The notes beneath the pieces were generated by a model. It was not told where the DNA came from, made no database searches, and saw nothing but the letters and a program-made list of their open reading frames with translations. The translations under genes were made by a program, and so were the position numbers. 49,646 nt of DNA, taken from NCBI GenBank assembly GCA_964620375.1, contig CAZUKC010000001.1, positions 1-49,646 of the forward strand, in the 5' to 3' direction. Positions 46,673 through 49,646 of this stretch are shown piece after piece (positions within the stretch are counted from its first letter, which is position 1; each line of letters opens with the position of its first letter). The stretch comes from an uncultured Ramlibacter sp. (GTDB lineage Bacteria > Pseudomonadota > Gammaproteobacteria > Burkholderiales > Burkholderiaceae_C).

Positions 46673-47453
46673 GCGTGGTCAGGCGCGTGAGCTTGGCCAC
46701 CGCCTGTGCGCGGTTGGTGACGTCGAGTTTGCTGAAGATGCTTTTGAGATGGTTCTTCACCGTGAACTCGCTGATACACAGGATGCAGCCGATTTCGGGA
46801 TTGGTCTTTCCCATCGCCACCCAGGTCATGATCTGATGCTCGCGTTCGCTCAGAGGCGCGCCAGCGCTCACGCCCGCCCGCTCGGTGAACTGCAGGCGCG
46901 CCCACGGCGTAGGGGGCGGGGGCGCGGTGGTGACGGCGGGCGGTGCGAGGGACAGCCTGCGCAGTGCCGCGTCGATGAAGGGCACCAGCAGGCGCAGGGT
47001 GAGCGCGCGGGCTTCGGTGTCGACGGCGGCGGGCGGGTGCACGTGCAGGGTGGCGACGAGGCGTTCGCCGGCCGGTGCAGGGTCGCGCGTGCCGTGCACC
47101 CACGCGCCGCGCAGCCCGGGTAGGCTGACCCCACCCGGGCCCGGACCGCCCGAGAGGTTCACCGGACAGGGCGCGTGCCGCGCCGCCACCCAGTCCTCGT
47201 GGAGCGCGCGCAGTATCGGCAGCAGACCGTCGGCGGGTCGTCCGGCGGGCAGGCCGACGACCAGCTCCACGCGTACTGGCCCCCGCCGGAAGTCGCCTGA
47301 AGCCGCGACCACCGCGTCATGCGGCAGCACCGACTGGACCTCGCCGGCCAGCCATCTGCGCAGATCGTCCAGGCTCGCGATCAGCGCGCCGCACTGCGCC
47401 ACCCGCAGGAACTGCGAGGCGTGGACCTCGGGGTCGGTCAGGGGTGACGGCAT
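46665..47453 (-). CDS. epsA: EpsA-type LuxR-family transcriptional regulator
   Basis: C-terminal HTH LSEREHQIMTWVAMGKTNPEIGCILCISEFTVKNHLKSIFSKLDVTNRAQAV; N-terminal WLAGEVQSVLPHD; heads the eps arm. Confidence 0.82.
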   Translation of the reverse strand: MPSPLTDPEVHASQFLRVAQCGALIASLDDLRRWLAGEVQSVLPHDAVVAASGDFRRGPVRVELVVGLPAGRPADGLLPILRALHEDWVAARHAPCPVNLSGGPGPGGVSLPGLRGAWVHGTRDPAPAGERLVATLHVHPPAAVDTEARALTLRLLVPFIDAALRRLSLAPPAVTTAPPPPTPWARLQFTERAGVSAGAPLSEREHQIMTWVAMGKTNPEIGCILCISEFTVKNHLKSIFSKLDVTNRAQAVAKLTRLTTHA

Positions 47454-47641
47454 GAGAGAGGCCTTGCACAGTCCAGGGTGGCGAGGATCGTGCGCGAGCC
47501 GGACAAGCGCGGCCTGTAGGTGCCCGTCGTGCCGCACTGTCGGTGCCCTGCGCCGCGGCGGTCGCGCATCGCTACACTGCGCGCTTGACCGCTGGGGGCC
47601 CCTGCCCTGGCGCCCCTCCCCACCCTGCACGTCGTTCCTGC

Positions 47642-48409
47642 GTGAGTGCCTCCGTGTCCCCCGACCCTGACCGACCTGCGCACGACGGGCCCGACGCGCC
47701 TGCCATCGGGCGCGCGCATGCACGGCGCCTGCGCGAGATGTATCGCAGTGCGGGCTGGCCCTGCCAGGATGACATCGAGATCGACCTGCTCGCCGCAGGT
47801 CTGCTGGAGCGCGTGCGTGACGACCAGGGTCGCGAGACGATGCGGGTGACCGATGCGGGCCTACAGGTGGCCGCGCGCCAGAAGGCCGGGCACCGCGCCG
47901 CGCGGTCGGCGCACGAGGCGCTGGTCCATCGGGTCGCGCAGGAAATGGTCCACGCCGGGCGGCTCGCGTGGCGCGGCCTGGGCCTGCGCGCGCAGGTGCC
48001 GGGCGAGCCCCCGGGATCCAGCGTCTGGACACTGGCGCGCCCGGACGTGTTCTCGATCCGCCGCACCTCGGTCGCCGACTACGCGGACCCCGTCGTTCAC
48101 GAGGTCAAGGTGCGTCGCGCCGACCTGCTGGGAGATCTGCGTCGGCCCGCCAAGCGCGCGGCCTACCTGGACCTGGGCGAGTGCTGGTACGTGCTCGGGC
48201 AGGACGCCAAGGGCCGCAGCATCGGCGAGCCCGAGGAGATCCCCTTGGAATGCGGCGTGCTGATGGTGCAGGGCGAGCGCCTGGTGGTCGCGCGTGCCGC
48301 GACGCGCCGCGCACGCACGGCACTGCCTTTCACCGTGTGGATGGCATTGGCACAGGCGACGCCCCTCGCACTGCCCGGGCAGCGCGAGGCGCAGGGGCTG
48401 CTGTCTTAG
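47642..48409 (+). CDS. Hypothetical protein with wHTH-like N-terminus and MmcB-like PD-(D/E)XK domain
   Basis: RPDVFS...HEVKVRRADLLGDL...KRAAY. Start uncertain (TTG 47585, GTG 47642 or GTG 47654). Confidence 0.7.
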   Translation: MSASVSPDPDRPAHDGPDAPAIGRAHARRLREMYRSAGWPCQDDIEIDLLAAGLLERVRDDQGRETMRVTDAGLQVAARQKAGHRAARSAHEALVHRVAQEMVHAGRLAWRGLGLRAQVPGEPPGSSVWTLARPDVFSIRRTSVADYADPVVHEVKVRRADLLGDLRRPAKRAAYLDLGECWYVLGQDAKGRSIGEPEEIPLECGVLMVQGERLVVARAATRRARTALPFTVWMALAQATPLALPGQREAQGLLS

Positions 48410-48427
48410 GGCAGGCGCGCGCCGGGT

Positions 48428-48736
48428 TCAGCCGTTTTCCTCGGCGATACGGCGCGCCTCTCGCCGCACCACGGTGCTGGGCTCGTGGGTGAAAGGCAGG
48501 CGGGGCAGGCCCAGAAGCGCCTGCAGGCGGGCATGGGCGCGGTCCATGTCGGCGCCGATCATGGCCAGGGCCACCTCGTGCCCGGGCTCGTGGCGGGCGA
48601 CCTCGAGGTAAGCAGCGCGCAGGCGCTGGTAGTCGGCCTCGGCCCGGGTGATCTCGTGCTGGCTGGCCGCGGGGGCACGGGCGTACTCGGTGCGCACCGG
48701 ACGCGGACGGGTTTGCGGCATTTCTGGGATGGCCAC
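48428..48736 (-). CDS. Small helical hypothetical protein
   Basis: GC3-biased codons; AAGGA before GTG 48736 (alternative ATG 48721); predicted amphipathic helices. Confidence 0.65.
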   Translation of the reverse strand: MAIPEMPQTRPRPVRTEYARAPAASQHEITRAEADYQRLRAAYLEVARHEPGHEVALAMIGADMDRAHARLQALLGLPRLPFTHEPSTVVRREARRIAEENG

Positions 48737-48954
48737 TTCGGCTTCCTTTCCAGTGTGCAGGGTAGCCCCCATGCTAGGCAGCGCCGGGCCCGCGCCGCAT
48801 CGCCAATGTGTGAGCCGCCTGCAACATCGGTCTCACGCGGGCGGCCTGGGACGCGGGCCGCTGCTAGGATGCGCGGCGGGCCTGAACAGCCCACGTGAGA
48901 CGCCACCCCAACCAGAAGCCGCACGCCGCCACGATGCGTGCACAGGAGACAGGC

Positions 48955-49646
48955 ATGACCCCAGGCACGAAGGCCCAGCCCGACGATCTGCGCTGGGAAA
49001 ACGATGGAACCGGCAAGGGCATCAGCCGCATCCCGTTTCGCACCTACACCGACGAGGCGCTGTACCGCCAGGAGCTCGAACGCTTCTTCTACCGGGGCCA
49101 CTGGTGCTATGTCGGCCTGGACGCCGAGGTGCCCCGTGTGGGCGACTTCAAGCGCACGGTGGTAGGTGAGCGCTCGGTGATCATGGTGCGCAGCGCGCCC
49201 GACGAGATTCGGGTGATCGAAAACGTCTGCGCCCACCGGGGCATGCGCTTTTGCCGCGAGCGGCACGGCAACACCCAGGAGTTCGTGTGCCCCTACCACC
49301 AATGGAGTTACACGCTGGAGGGCGAGCTGCAGGGCGTGCCGATGCGGCGCGGCGTACGCCAGGACGGCCAAGTCCACGGCGGTATGCCCGCTGACTTCCG
49401 GAACGAGGACCACGGCCTGACGCGCCTGCGGGTCGCGCGCCGCGGGGGCGTGGTGTTCGCGTCCTTCGACGAACAGGTCGAATCCTTCGAGGACTACCTG
49501 GGGCCGCAGGTGCTGGGGTATTTCGACCGCATGTTCAACGGGCGCGAGCTGGTGATCCTGGGCTACAACCGCCAGCGCATTCCGGGCAACTGGAAGCTGA
49601 TGCAGGAAAACATCAAGGACCCCTACCACCCGGGCCTGCTGCACAC
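48955..49646 (+). CDS. nagG: Salicylate 5-hydroxylase large (Rieske alpha) subunit, 3' truncated by window
   Basis: Not in the ORF track. Manual translation after SD AGGAG gives SRIPF...HWCYVGL...ENVCAHRGMRFCRERHGN...CPYHQW...GNWKLMQENIKDPYHPGLLH, with the Rieske CxH...CxxH motif and a DxxH iron motif, closely resembling NagG. Confidence 0.88.
   Translation, partial: MTPGTKAQPDDLRWENDGTGKGISRIPFRTYTDEALYRQELERFFYRGHWCYVGLDAEVPRVGDFKRTVVGERSVIMVRSAPDEIRVIENVCAHRGMRFCRERHGNTQEFVCPYHQWSYTLEGELQGVPMRRGVRQDGQVHGGMPADFRNEDHGLTRLRVARRGGVVFASFDEQVESFEDYLGPQVLGYFDRMFNGRELVILGYNRQRIPGNWKLMQENIKDPYHPGLLH

Noticed and set aside
47454-47545. Sigma54 promoter upstream of epsA
   Set aside because: The best candidate (CGCACGATCCTCGC on the minus strand) lacks the invariant GG at -24.

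Overview
High-GC Burkholderiales (Comamonadaceae-like) chromosomal window with no mobile elements, rRNA, tRNA or CRISPR seen. From left to right it contains: (1) a thiamine locus with two back-to-back divergent TPP riboswitches. One precedes thiO (truncated at the left edge). The other precedes an operon of thiD, a LuxE-like acyl-protein synthetase, a LuxC-like acyl reductase, an NMT1/THI5-type ABC transporter, an SDR and thiE. This operon is the most interesting feature: a candidate carboxylate-reducing salvage route for oxidised thiamine fragments, inferred and not demonstrated. (2) gloA and a CoA-transferase. (3) An FNR regulator with three universal stress proteins and two near-consensus FNR boxes. 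(4) edd-eda, chaC, pdxH, msrA and a YdcF-family gene. (5) The TetR-RND-pcm-rhodanese-tolC cluster, waaA, a phosphomannomutase/phosphoglucomutase, ogt and a DMT transporter. (6) A ~17 kb Wzx/Wzy exopolysaccharide locus of the EpsA/B/L/E/F/G type, built as two convergent arms, with a PEP-CTERM-like protein but no exosortase in the window. (7) An MmcB-like PD-(D/E)XK protein, a small hypothetical gene and the 5' part of a salicylate 5-hydroxylase large subunit (nagG-like). All calls come from manual motif recognition; no database searches were run.
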